Assembly (NCBI GenBank): GCA_045805065.1
Contig: JBJMMA010000193.1
Span: 1-39,667 of the forward strand
Direction: 5' to 3'
Source: Bdellovibrionia bacterium
GTDB lineage: Bacteria; Bdellovibrionota; UBA1018
Length of the DNA: 39,667 bases
Shown here piece by piece: positions 7,733 through 17,148 of this stretch (positions are counted from its first letter, which is position 1; each line of letters opens with the position of its first letter). The position numbers and the translations under genes were made by a program. The notes under the pieces were generated by a model that searched no databases, was not told the origin of the DNA, and saw only the letters and a program-made list of their open reading frames with translations.

Positions 7733-9433
7733 TCATTCGTCTTTCAAATTGAATTTAATGATAACTCGTTGGCTTTTCTTGCAATCGAAGTTCTGGCAGT
7801 AATCGCCACCGCTCGATGGCGTGCGACCAGGAATGCGCTCGGTTGCAAGGAAGCTTCGTCCCGTGACTTTAACCAATGGGAGCAGTTTGCTTTGATGATC
7901 AAACTGCATCAGGCGCGTATCGAAGATCGGCTCGAAAATCGATTTGGCGCGCTGATAGCTCAAGTCCATATTGAAGTTCACGGCCGCGCGATCCTCCTGA
8001 CTGAGACTGGATGGATCGACGTATTTGCCTTTATAAGTCGGAGACGCAAAGCCCACGATTTCGACGTTGGCGATGCGGTTTGCGATCTTAGGATCCTGGA
8101 ACAAGCTCTTTGCGTATTCAGGCATGAACTTTTTCAAGATCTGAAGCATTCCGCCCTTGAGATTTGCGCTGCCCGTATCAAAGTACTCGTTCTGGAAGTT
8201 AATCGTCACGTCGCCGGTCTTCAGATCGACGTCCGCATTGATTCCGGCCTTTTTGAAGTTCTCTTTGATTCGGTTAGCCAGCTCTCTTTGCTGATTGAGC
8301 TTAGCCAAGGTACCCTGAAGGTTCTTAGCCAAAGCATCGTTTGCCTTCTGCAAGGAGCCGATGTCGCTTTGGTACTTACCTTCTACACCTTTGAGCTGCT
8401 CACGATTGGAGGCCAGCTCACCCTTCAGCTTGCCGAGCTGTTCATTATAAGCTGCATTTTGGCGCTCAACCGCTTCTTTGTAAGCTTTCTCCTGAGCAAG
8501 CTTTGCAGCCATGCTCTGGGTACCGCTCTTCATGCCGTTCTCGTATGCGGCCTTCTCTTTTTGAAGCGCGTCCTGATGTGCCTTCTCGAGATCGCCAATC
8601 GCCTGGTTATACTTGGCATCCTTATCGCTGAGTTGAGCGATGAGTTTTTCTGCCTCACGATTCTTCTCCAGGATACTCTGTTGGGCAGCCTGAAGCTGGT
8701 TCATGTAATTGCTGTTTTCCTGTCTCAGAGCATCGATCCGATGCATGCTATCCGCTTTCAGCTGAGCAATCTGCTTTTCAGCCTGCTCTTTGTTCGCTTT
8801 GTTTGAGCGGTAAGCGTTCTGGACTTCCTGGATCTGTTGCTGAAGCTTGTTCTCAATGCCAGCAATCGTTTGATTGTTGGCATTGATGACGGATTCTTTC
8901 TGCTGAATGGAGCGATCCAGAACCTCGATCTCATTGTTACGCTCAACGATGGCCTGGTCACGCTCGACAATCGCAAGATCACGCTTTTTCAAGCGCTGAG
9001 CCGAGACAAGGTTCGCGCTGATGACGTTCTTGACCATTTGCTGGTATTGATTGAGTGCTTCTTCCTTCTCTTTTGCGTCACGAGCCTTTTTCGCGGCCTT
9101 GGCGCTCTCGTCCTTGGCCTCGGTCTCGAGAAGCGAGAGCTTGCCCATGAGCTCCTGATACATCTGGATCTCATCGCTGGAAGCGCCGTTCTTTAAGTAA
9201 TCCTTATTTAATGAGTCGTAAGCTTTGATCTGCTTACGAAGCTCTTCAGCTTCGGTTTTTGCCTGTTGGAGCTGGGTGTATTGCGCAATCGATACGGTTC
9301 CGCTTCTGAGGTTAGCCACCACATAAAGAAGCAGGAACACGACCGAGAGAACCAGGAACAAATCGCTGTAGGATGTCCAGTGGTTACCACCGTGCTCGAC
9401 CTTGGTTTTAATCTTTTCGTAATTAAGATTCAC
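7733..9433 (-). CDS. MotB-like protein with long coiled coil and OmpA-like peptidoglycan-binding domain
   Basis: N-terminal WTSYSDL+TM; ~350-aa heptad-rich region; YFDTGSANL, IVGFAS, NMDLSYQRAKSI. Confidence 0.8.
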   Translation of the reverse strand: MNLNYEKIKTKVEHGGNHWTSYSDLFLVLSVVFLLLYVVANLRSGTVSIAQYTQLQQAKTEAEELRKQIKAYDSLNKDYLKNGASSDEIQMYQELMGKLSLLETEAKDESAKAAKKARDAKEKEEALNQYQQMVKNVISANLVSAQRLKKRDLAIVERDQAIVERNNEIEVLDRSIQQKESVINANNQTIAGIENKLQQQIQEVQNAYRSNKANKEQAEKQIAQLKADSMHRIDALRQENSNYMNQLQAAQQSILEKNREAEKLIAQLSDKDAKYNQAIGDLEKAHQDALQKEKAAYENGMKSGTQSMAAKLAQEKAYKEAVERQNAAYNEQLGKLKGELASNREQLKGVEGKYQSDIGSLQKANDALAKNLQGTLAKLNQQRELANRIKENFKKAGINADVDLKTGDVTINFQNEYFDTGSANLKGGMLQILKKFMPEYAKSLFQDPKIANRIANVEIVGFASPTYKGKYVDPSSLSQEDRAAVNFNMDLSYQRAKSIFEPIFDTRLMQFDHQSKLLPLVKVTGRSFLATERIPGRTPSSGGDYCQNFDCKKSQRVIIKFNLKDE

Positions 9434-9439
9434 GAAATC

Positions 9440-9467
9440 CTATCGGAACGTCTTTTCACAAACTTAA
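9440..9467 (-). promoter_or_regulatory. sigma28 (FliA)-like promoter for motB-like gene
   Basis: TTAAGTTT-N12-TCCGATAG. Confidence 0.6.
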
Positions 9468-9470
9468 CAC

Positions 9471-9498
9471 TAAAGATCATAGGAATATTGGCCGATAG
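9471..9498 (+). promoter_or_regulatory. sigma28 (FliA)-like promoter
   Basis: TAAAGATC-N12-GCCGATAG. Confidence 0.75.
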
Positions 9499-9520
9499 GA
9501 GCCGTGGAGCTAGTGTGAAT

Positions 9521-11731
9521 ATGATCAAACACAAAGTAAAATACCGCGTTGTAGGGGCTGATCGTTCTAAACGAAAGTACTCAATCAACTTGGATGATGG
9601 AGCCTCATTTCAATTGACCCGCGAATTGCTCCAAGGCACGCCGGCTCAGGAGGGATCAAAACCTCTCTGCTCCATGACGATTCAGAACGGTGCACTGCTT
9701 GTTCAGGCTGGAGTCGATCAAAACGACATCGTCTTTAATAGTAAGCCAGTCAGGGAATCGGAAGTCCGCCCTGGTGACCTGGTGCAGGTCGGAGAATTCT
9801 CCATAGAGATTCTCGAATGCCCGCACACAGTTCGCAGCGAATCGAACGCCACTCAGTTTCTGGACGTTTCTGAAATCTTCGGCAACGCCGCAAAAACTGG
9901 CGAAGTTGCTCGAGCCCCTGCTGCGACCGAGCCTGCTCCGATCGAGCCTACTCAGGCCGAGCCTGCTCCAACTGTCTCGCATGCTGCCCGAGAATCTTCC
10001 TATAGTCATACAAGCTACAATCCACAAAGCCCGGTGACTACCGACTCTGCTCCAGAGTCCTCTTCTTCACCAGTGACTGATGTTGGTCATACGGAAACTC
10101 CGGCTGAATCGACCGCCGCGGCTTACTCAAGCTTAAATGAGCTTCCTGCTCTTACGGAAACTGCCGAGAGCCCTTCAACTCCCCCCGCTGAATCAGCACC
10201 AGACGCTAAAAATCAAGACAGATGGGCGTCCCGCTCATGGGAAACTCAAGATGATGCCCCCACTCGCGTGGTCGCATCCCCTGCACAGGCTGCAGCTCGA
10301 GTCCGCTCTTCGTTTCAAGAAAAGTCATATGAAGACTCGTATACTCACGAAAGTCATGAGTCTCAGGAAGCTCCGGCTCGTCATCGTTCGCGCCCGAGCG
10401 CACATCGCGATGTCGAACGCCATGCAGCTCATCGCCAGACAAAGCGTGTTGAAACCCATGCCGCGAAAAAACGTCCAGCTGAGACCTCAGCGACATCATT
10501 CTCAGAATCTGATTTCTCGCATATCGCGATGTCTGCCGGAATGGCGGCTCTCGGCGTTGCCGTAAGTGCTCGTGTACTCTTGAGTGGATCAAGCTCTCCT
10601 CAAGGAATGACCGTAGCCTGTGCCGCGCTATCCAGCGTGCCAGTGGTTCTTGGAGCGTCCTTAGGACTGGCTCGCATGAATGAGTACCTCAGCACCGAGG
10701 CTCATTTGCGGGATTATGCTCGCTTCCTGGGATGGGCATTGATTTGCACTATTCCATGGGCCTACACACAGGGCGCATCCTTTCCGATCGCGATCTTTAC
10801 TACCCTTCTGACGACGGTTCTGATGTCCGTTGCCTTTGTCGCAAGATTCCGCCCGAATATGGCTCGCTTTTCTGCAGTAGGAGCAGGTCTCTCGGTTGCA
10901 GCGTTAACCGCGCTCGTTGCCCAGCATCACTACTCAGCAGAAAAGATGGTTGCTCAAGAATCCTCACCCACCGAGGCACCAGCCGCCGACACCACGGCAG
11001 CTCAAAACAGCGCTCTCACCGCGGCCGCTCCTGCACCGGGTGCATCGCTTGCTCCGGCAGCAGCTCCTGTCGCTCAGGTTGGCGCAACGACTCCTAATGC
11101 AGTTCAACCACAAGCTCCGACTACGCTCGCGCAACAAGGTGCTCAGACTCCTAACGCCGCGACGAATCCCGTGATTCCTTCTGCGGTCAACGATACGATT
11201 CCTCCAATTCCAACTCATGCCGATACTTCAGCAGGATTGACCGCACGCACCCCTGCCGCTGTAGATCCATCGGCAAAAGGAATCATCGATCCTCTCGCAC
11301 ATGAAGAGTTCTTCTCAGCGATCAAGATGGGCAATCTTGAAGTTGTGAAAAGCCTGATTGATCGCAAGCAAGTGGATCCTGACTTTACCCTGGATAAGGG
11401 AAGCACCCCGCTCATCGTCGCTTCTGCAAGCGGTCGCATCAAGGTTGTTGACTACCTTCTGCGCCGTCGGGTGAACATCAATGCTCAAGATCCTCACGGA
11501 ACGACCGCTCTGATGTGGGCCGTATTCAAGGGCCATCGCGACGTCGCAAAATTCCTGATCAGCAAGGGAGCTGATACGAAGGTCATCCGCGATGACGGTG
11601 ATACCGCGATGGATATCGCCCGCAAGTGGAGACAAACGGAAATCGTAGCTCTCTTGAAGGAAGCATCCAATCAAGAAGACGGCGTGATGACCAAAAAGAG
11701 CCACTCGAAAGTCCGCAGGCGCCGCCGCTAA
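9521..11731 (+). CDS. Membrane protein: FHA-like N-terminus, low-complexity linker, TM bundle, C-terminal ankyrin repeats
   Basis: 'VRPGDLVQVG' FHA-like end; about 5 TMs; GSTPLIVA, GTTALMWA, GDTAMDIA ankyrins; start set after the promoter (GTG 9515 or ATG 9521). Confidence 0.78.
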   Translation: MIKHKVKYRVVGADRSKRKYSINLDDGASFQLTRELLQGTPAQEGSKPLCSMTIQNGALLVQAGVDQNDIVFNSKPVRESEVRPGDLVQVGEFSIEILECPHTVRSESNATQFLDVSEIFGNAAKTGEVARAPAATEPAPIEPTQAEPAPTVSHAARESSYSHTSYNPQSPVTTDSAPESSSSPVTDVGHTETPAESTAAAYSSLNELPALTETAESPSTPPAESAPDAKNQDRWASRSWETQDDAPTRVVASPAQAAARVRSSFQEKSYEDSYTHESHESQEAPARHRSRPSAHRDVERHAAHRQTKRVETHAAKKRPAETSATSFSESDFSHIAMSAGMAALGVAVSARVLLSGSSSPQGMTVACAALSSVPVVLGASLGLARMNEYLSTEAHLRDYARFLGWALICTIPWAYTQGASFPIAIFTTLLTTVLMSVAFVARFRPNMARFSAVGAGLSVAALTALVAQHHYSAEKMVAQESSPTEAPAADTTAAQNSALTAAAPAPGASLAPAAAPVAQVGATTPNAVQPQAPTTLAQQGAQTPNAATNPVIPSAVNDTIPPIPTHADTSAGLTARTPAAVDPSAKGIIDPLAHEEFFSAIKMGNLEVVKSLIDRKQVDPDFTLDKGSTPLIVASASGRIKVVDYLLRRRVNINAQDPHGTTALMWAVFKGHRDVAKFLISKGADTKVIRDDGDTAMDIARKWRQTEIVALLKEASNQEDGVMTKKSHSKVRRRRR

Positions 11732-13836
11732 GCGATGGGCTTATTGAGCTCACCCTTTACGGAATGATACTTTCGCCGCAGCAGATTTAAAAGCTGCGGC
11801 TCGGATAACGAGGAACCCGTTCCGAAGCGAAGTTGATGGTAGGTCTCCTGCCAGTCCTTCAAGACTTCAGAGACCCTTTCTCTTCTGGCATCCTTCAGAT
11901 GCTTGATGGCCTCATCGATGTCCCGAGCGGATGTCTTTTTTAAAACCAAGCGCTCCATCTTCATTCTCTCACGTCTCAGTGCCGGCACGCCTTCGCGCAC
12001 CCGATACCGGATCGAGAAAATCCAGGGGTACCGCCACCTCATGAACAGGTAAAGAGCAAGTGATAGACCTAAAAGCGTTCCAAGGCCGATCAAGAGCTCC
12101 ATCCGATATTGCTGAGTCAGTGACTCAATCCAATTCCGCAGGGACTTAAGCTTCGGTGAGGATGAAGGCGCGTAAGTGGGCTGGGACTCGAACTCTGATG
12201 AGCCTTCCTCTTTGCTCTTGGAACCAGTGAAATTCAAGACATAGCGGTACCAGTAAGCCGAGATCCATTCATAACCATCCCGAAAGACGTTCAGGACACC
12301 GGAGGGCCCAAGAATGCGAGGCGTAGGATCGAGAGCGGTCCATCCCCGCTCAGAAGTCCAATACTCCACCCACGCGTGCGCATCGTTTGTCGTGATGGTG
12401 AGGACGCCTCCCACTGGGCCTTTGGAGATTCGGAAGCCTGATACGAGCCGAGCAGGAACTCCTGCCATTCTCAAAAGAAGCACTGAGGATGATGCAAACC
12501 ATTCACAATGACCCTGCTTGGTTAAAAATAAAAATCGCTCCATCGGAAGAAAGCGCTCAGCTGCGATGATCTGCTCGCCCTTCTCCAAGCTCGGGTCCGC
12601 ATTTGAATCCGAGAGACTTGCAGAAAATCGCTCCCTTTGAAAAAAAGCCGTCAAACGCTCTACCTTCTCTGCTTCGCTTTTTGCTTTGGCAAAGAGAGTG
12701 GCTGCGAGTCGCTGCATTCTGACTGTTTTCAGCGACTCCGGAATACCCAAGTCACTTGCCAGTGGAGGATCCTCATCCAACGAAACGTGGCGGATATGCT
12801 TTTGATAAGGAAGAAAGACGTAACTAAACTGCACTCTCGCGTCATTGCCTTCTCCATCAATCCACTCTCCCCCAACAGTTCGTGGATAGGGAGAATCCAT
12901 CATGCTAAAGCCGTTATGAACTTGAAGCGTGCCATAAGGCACGGGCAGGGAATTCGTTCGCAATGGGACACGGTCCGCTTCCACCCAGATAGCGTCTTTG
13001 GTCTCCGACGGCTTGACGTACTGAATCCCGACCTTTTGCGCCCTTCTTGAGTTGGCAATCCAGTTCGTTCCATCAAAGATGTCCAAGGAGCGCCCGCGAA
13101 TCAGTCCAAGAAAGATTTCTTTCGAAAGATCCACGCCCCCCTTTGTATACAGCCTGAGTACAGTCTCGCCGGTTCCTTCGCGACCATTCAGGCCTTTTTT
13201 CTCTGCAAGCTCGACGTGCTCTGTGTATCCGACTTTGAAGGAGTCGGACAAGCCTCCCCCTACTTTCATGCGCGGCAGGATCGGAAAAATGATGATGCTG
13301 CTAAGAAAGATCAGAAGTGCAAGTTTCAAACTGTTGCGAATGAAACCGACCGGAAGTGGCTCCTGTCGGAACTCGGGAGCTCTTTGGCTCAGCTCGGCAT
13401 CCAGAAAAGCGCAGGACACGGTGATGGCCGCAATCAATACGAAAGCGAAAATCGCAGGAAAGAGATACGCATCGGGGGCTAGCGCAGATGCCAGGATCAA
13501 TTGAACAAAACCAAGGCCGATTCGCCAACCTCGGTAACGCCCTGTCTCCGGAGCAAAGAAAAGAATGGAGTGCACCAAAGGCGCAAGATACGCAGCGCCA
13601 ACAATCGGATGAAACCGGTAAAAGAACCAGGCACCCACTGTCGAGAACACGAGCGCGACCAGGGCTCCAAGCGTCAGTTTCTCCGGGACCTTGAAAAACC
13701 CTGAGCGACTCAGCAGGAACATGGCGCCAGCGAGCGCAAAAATCTCAAGCCGCACTTCTCCCGTGCCTGCAAGGGCTGCCATGGAAATGAGGTCCAAGAC
13801 CCAGCTCAGGCGAGTCGCCAAAACTAATGCATTCAT
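11728..13836 (-). CDS. TgpA-like membrane transglutaminase-domain protein (DUF3488)
   Basis: GHCEWFA...MAGVPARLVSGF, DAHAWVE, LDPT triad; N-terminal TMs. Confidence 0.88.
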   Translation of the reverse strand: MNALVLATRLSWVLDLISMAALAGTGEVRLEIFALAGAMFLLSRSGFFKVPEKLTLGALVALVFSTVGAWFFYRFHPIVGAAYLAPLVHSILFFAPETGRYRGWRIGLGFVQLILASALAPDAYLFPAIFAFVLIAAITVSCAFLDAELSQRAPEFRQEPLPVGFIRNSLKLALLIFLSSIIIFPILPRMKVGGGLSDSFKVGYTEHVELAEKKGLNGREGTGETVLRLYTKGGVDLSKEIFLGLIRGRSLDIFDGTNWIANSRRAQKVGIQYVKPSETKDAIWVEADRVPLRTNSLPVPYGTLQVHNGFSMMDSPYPRTVGGEWIDGEGNDARVQFSYVFLPYQKHIRHVSLDEDPPLASDLGIPESLKTVRMQRLAATLFAKAKSEAEKVERLTAFFQRERFSASLSDSNADPSLEKGEQIIAAERFLPMERFLFLTKQGHCEWFASSSVLLLRMAGVPARLVSGFRISKGPVGGVLTITTNDAHAWVEYWTSERGWTALDPTPRILGPSGVLNVFRDGYEWISAYWYRYVLNFTGSKSKEEGSSEFESQPTYAPSSSPKLKSLRNWIESLTQQYRMELLIGLGTLLGLSLALYLFMRWRYPWIFSIRYRVREGVPALRRERMKMERLVLKKTSARDIDEAIKHLKDARRERVSEVLKDWQETYHQLRFGTGSSLSEPQLLNLLRRKYHSVKGELNKPIA

Positions 13837-14759
13837 GCGACGCTATTCTTGATATCTCGGACAGGAGCGTTGGCCTGAACAACCGCCAGCTGGTTCAGTG
13901 CAGAGACTTTGCCCTGAAATACGCGGCTTCCCTTATCGTCAACGATGATCAAACTGCTTTCGGCGTCTTGGGAAACATCTTGAACAGCTTGTCTTCCCTG
14001 CGACCCGTAGAACGTTTGGGCAGTGCGCATCACGGCAGATTCAAATTCCTGACCTGGCTCTGTGCGCAGATCCAGAACCACTCGGGCCTGAGCTTGCTTG
14101 GATTTTCGGGTTCTCACCATAGGTCCTATGCCTTTTTCACTTAAGGTCCAGACGATGCTTCTGCAATCGTCCTCATAAGTATAGGCACGAACTTCACCTT
14201 CTGAAAACTCCTGTCCTGCTCGCCCTCCAGCTCCCTGATCACCGGAAGCGGTCCTGCTCGACTGGGATGAGCATTTTTCCGGCCAAATCAACCTCTCCCC
14301 CGGACCTCCCAGGATGCGGACCTTTCGTGCGAGACCAAAAGGATACGATGTTGCCACTGCAACGCCTTGCCAGCGGTGAATCCCTCGGTGACGGAACTCC
14401 ATTTTTGAGGACACCAGGAGCTCTGCCCTAGGCTCAATCCTGGGAAGATAAGCCGAGCAGAAGAATCCCTCATCGCGCCACTCACCGATCTCGACACAAA
14501 AAAGAGTAAACCGGCTCCGATTCTTGACTCGGACCACATCGTAATGAGCAGCTCCTGCATGAGCCGGGCTTCTTCTGAACTCGATTTCCAAAGCAGCTAC
14601 GCTTCGCTCGGAAAGTACGCCGGAAAAAATCATTCCACTCAGCAGAAGACTCTCGATGAGATAAAGGACGTTATTGGCCGACATCAGGGCAACAACGCCT
14701 AATCCGATCGTAAGTGCGGTGTACCAGTACCCCGCAAATGTGACCTCAAGTCTCCGCAT
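13833..14759 (-). CDS. DUF58 domain protein
   Basis: NNVLYL, TSYPFGL, VRAY...DD.R.I.W; lies between MoxR and transglutaminase genes. Confidence 0.82.
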   Translation of the reverse strand: MRRLEVTFAGYWYTALTIGLGVVALMSANNVLYLIESLLLSGMIFSGVLSERSVAALEIEFRRSPAHAGAAHYDVVRVKNRSRFTLFCVEIGEWRDEGFFCSAYLPRIEPRAELLVSSKMEFRHRGIHRWQGVAVATSYPFGLARKVRILGGPGERLIWPEKCSSQSSRTASGDQGAGGRAGQEFSEGEVRAYTYEDDCRSIVWTLSEKGIGPMVRTRKSKQAQARVVLDLRTEPGQEFESAVMRTAQTFYGSQGRQAVQDVSQDAESSLIIVDDKGSRVFQGKVSALNQLAVVQANAPVRDIKNSVA

Positions 14760-15760
14760 TATTTAGGGGCCTTCACCCGATCGAGAACCTGTCGAATGGT
14801 TTGCTGCCGGTGCGCCGTATCTGGCTCGCCTGACAAGAAGCAAAGTCGATGGGCAAGAGCCGGTACCGCAAGATCAGTGAAGTCTTTTGGCAAGACGTAC
14901 TCGCGACCGCGCACAAAGGCGAGCGCTCTGGCAGCCGAGATGAATTGAAGCCCCCCACGAACTGAAACGCCATGACTGACGCCTTCGCAGACTCGAGTGG
15001 CACGAACCAGATCGGATGCGTACTCAAGCGCGCTTTCCTCGACATGCACCAGAGTCACTGCAGCGCGAAGCTCAAGCGTTTGCGCAAGATTCAGAATCGG
15101 CTCCGCCTTGCTCTCTTCGACAGGTTGCGAATGCGAATTTCCCAGAGCGGCGCGATAAATACGGAGTTCGTCGGATTTCTCAGGAGGATTGAGAGTCAGT
15201 TGAAGCATGAAGCGGTCCAGCTGGCTTTCTGCCAGCGGATAAACCCCCTGAAACTCGGACGGGTTCTGAGTCGCAGCCACGAAGAATGGCTTAGGAAGCG
15301 GATAAGACTTTCCATCAACGGAAACCGTGCCTTCTGCCATCGCCTCGAGCAGTGCGCTTTGCGTTTTTGAGCTCGTGCGATTGAGCTCATCCGCCAGCAG
15401 GAAATGAGCAAATACGGGGCCTTTTCGAAACTCAAGTTCAGCGTTCCCCGGAACCAGGCGCAACACGCCGATGATATCGCTTGGCAAGAGATCACTTGTC
15501 ATTTGAACGCGACTGAAACTGCCCCCGAAAACATCGGCGAGCGCTTTTGCAAGCGATGTCTTTCCTGTGCCGGGAGGGCCTTCAAAGAGAACGTGACCGG
15601 ACCCCAAGAATGCGGAAAGAGAGAACTCAATGATCTCCTGCTTTCCTTTCAGCCGGGACTCCAGCCTTTCACGAATGACCTGGATCCACTCATGAGCTTT
15701 CTGGGTAGCGGGGCTGCTGGAGTCTGATTTTTCGATGTGTGAGTGCTGCGCACGGCTCAT
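14759..15760 (-). CDS. moxR: MoxR-family AAA+ ATPase
   Basis: GPPGTGKT, LADELNR, ATQNP, YPLAESQLDRF; GGAG before ATG 15760. Confidence 0.92.
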   Translation of the reverse strand: MSRAQHSHIEKSDSSSPATQKAHEWIQVIRERLESRLKGKQEIIEFSLSAFLGSGHVLFEGPPGTGKTSLAKALADVFGGSFSRVQMTSDLLPSDIIGVLRLVPGNAELEFRKGPVFAHFLLADELNRTSSKTQSALLEAMAEGTVSVDGKSYPLPKPFFVAATQNPSEFQGVYPLAESQLDRFMLQLTLNPPEKSDELRIYRAALGNSHSQPVEESKAEPILNLAQTLELRAAVTLVHVEESALEYASDLVRATRVCEGVSHGVSVRGGLQFISAARALAFVRGREYVLPKDFTDLAVPALAHRLCFLSGEPDTAHRQQTIRQVLDRVKAPK

Positions 15761-15785
15761 GTAAACATCTCCCAAAAACTTGTTA

Positions 15786-16190
15786 TTAGGCGCTCTGGCC
15801 CGTAGAATCCGAAACGAGCTTGATACTCGTGGCGCTTTTCTGCTTCAGATCCTGGACCTCTGCCTCCAAAAGAGCCAGTTTCTGACCCAGCCTTTGATTT
15901 TGCGTCAAAAGCTGACTCAGCACCGTGCTGTAGTGAATGAGAATGAGGATCATGAAACCGCTGAGAAGCAGGAACAATGATGAAGGCGCATAATAAATTC
16001 CCATCATTGAAGAGAACTTCTCGAGCCAATCCCGCTTCAAGGTCAGAACCAGCATGGAGCTTCCCGTGAAGAACCACAGCAAGGAGTAACGCTCCTTGAT
16101 CTTTTTGCGGCGAACGAGTTCAAAAATCGTGGCCATCAGGGAAAAACATGCAATCAGGGCAACGATTTCAACGCGATGAAAACCCATCAC
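15786..16190 (-). CDS. DUF2304 membrane protein
   Basis: VRRKKIKERYSLLW, three TMs, C-terminal coiled coil; follows GT2. Confidence 0.8.
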   Translation of the reverse strand: MMGFHRVEIVALIACFSLMATIFELVRRKKIKERYSLLWFFTGSSMLVLTLKRDWLEKFSSMMGIYYAPSSLFLLLSGFMILILIHYSTVLSQLLTQNQRLGQKLALLEAEVQDLKQKSATSIKLVSDSTGQSA

Positions 16191-17041
16191 ACGCCCTCCT
16201 CGCCTTTTACAGGCGCTGGATGATAACCACGTCCACGAACACGATCAAAAAGAGTCGAAAGAACCACTTTAAATACGTAATAGATCGATCGATGCCAATT
16301 GATGGAGCTTGTACCGCTTTTCCTGGGTCGCATTTTGACAGGGACTTCCGAAACCCGAAATCCATGGCATGCAAGCGGCACCAGGATCTGAACTTCAGGA
16401 TAATCGTCCGGGTAACTTTCAGCAACAAATTGAGCAGCCCTTTTATTAAAGAGCCTGAATCCGCTGGTAGTGTCACTCACCTGCATTCCCGTCAAAATCC
16501 GGATATTCAGGGACAAGGCCCGGCCTACAAACCAACGCAAAAATGTCGTGCTTTCGATTCCCTCGGAAGCGGATTCCTTGAAGCGAGAGCCGATGACAAC
16601 ATCAGAGCCCTCTTGTCGCGATGGAACCAGAAGCTTTTCAATCTCCGTTGGAATATGCTGACAATCACCGTCCACTTGAACCACAAAATCAGCGTGATTC
16701 CTTAAGGCGTATTTGAAGCCTGTTTGCACGGCCATGCCGATACCCATGTTATAAGGAAGTCTGATGATGCTTGCACCGAGCTCACGCGCAACCTGATAGG
16801 TCTGATCCTTGGAGCCATCGTCGATCAGAACAAATGAGACATCGATGCCCGGGAGCTTCAGTGAGCGAAGCTCGGAAACAACGGTAGGGATATTCTTTGC
16901 TTCGTTATAGGCAGGCACAACCACCATCAAACGCAATCGCCGTGCAGAAGCACTGGACGCTTGCGCTAAAGCGCCTGCGCTTTGCGAAGTGTCGTGAGTT
17001 TCACTTAAAGCCGCTGTGCTGCGATATGCTTTTCCTGCCAT
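16187..17041 (-). CDS. GT2 glycosyltransferase (polyprenol-phosphate sugar transferase-like)
   Basis: VVPAYNE, IDDGSKD, VDGDCQH, DTTSGFR. Confidence 0.9.
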   Translation of the reverse strand: MAGKAYRSTAALSETHDTSQSAGALAQASSASARRLRLMVVVPAYNEAKNIPTVVSELRSLKLPGIDVSFVLIDDGSKDQTYQVARELGASIIRLPYNMGIGMAVQTGFKYALRNHADFVVQVDGDCQHIPTEIEKLLVPSRQEGSDVVIGSRFKESASEGIESTTFLRWFVGRALSLNIRILTGMQVSDTTSGFRLFNKRAAQFVAESYPDDYPEVQILVPLACHGFRVSEVPVKMRPRKSGTSSINWHRSIYYVFKVVLSTLFDRVRGRGYHPAPVKGEEGV

Positions 17042-17058
17042 AGCTCTCCCACACACTC

Positions 17059-17086
17059 TTATCGGTGGGAAACGCGCAGGCCTTAA
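17059..17086 (-). promoter_or_regulatory. sigma28 (FliA)-like promoter for GT2-MoxR operon
   Basis: TTAAGGCC-N12-ACCGATAA. Confidence 0.65.
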
Positions 17087-17110
17087 ACCTGTGTTTTGTC
17101 GGCAACTTTA

Positions 17111-17148
17111 GCCCAGCTTGGTGCCCAGCTCAGTGCCCAGCTCAGTGC
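17111..17148. repeat. 12-bp tandem repeat, about 3 copies
   Basis: gcccagcttggt gcccagctcagt gcccagctcagt gc. Confidence 0.7.

Noticed and set aside
7769..8806. 345-aa + strand ORF
   Set aside because: Antisense shadow of the coiled-coil gene with no recognisable motifs
6756..9433. Zorya anti-phage system
   Set aside because: No ZorC/D/E, gene order is B then A, and the long helical region is on the B subunit instead of a ZorA cytoplasmic tail
9266..9514. N-terminal 83 aa of the 821-aa ORF
   Set aside because: Overlaps the opposite-strand gene and lies upstream of or across its own promoter
17111..17148. CRISPR-like array
   Set aside because: Only 12-bp tandem units, no spacers and no cas genes
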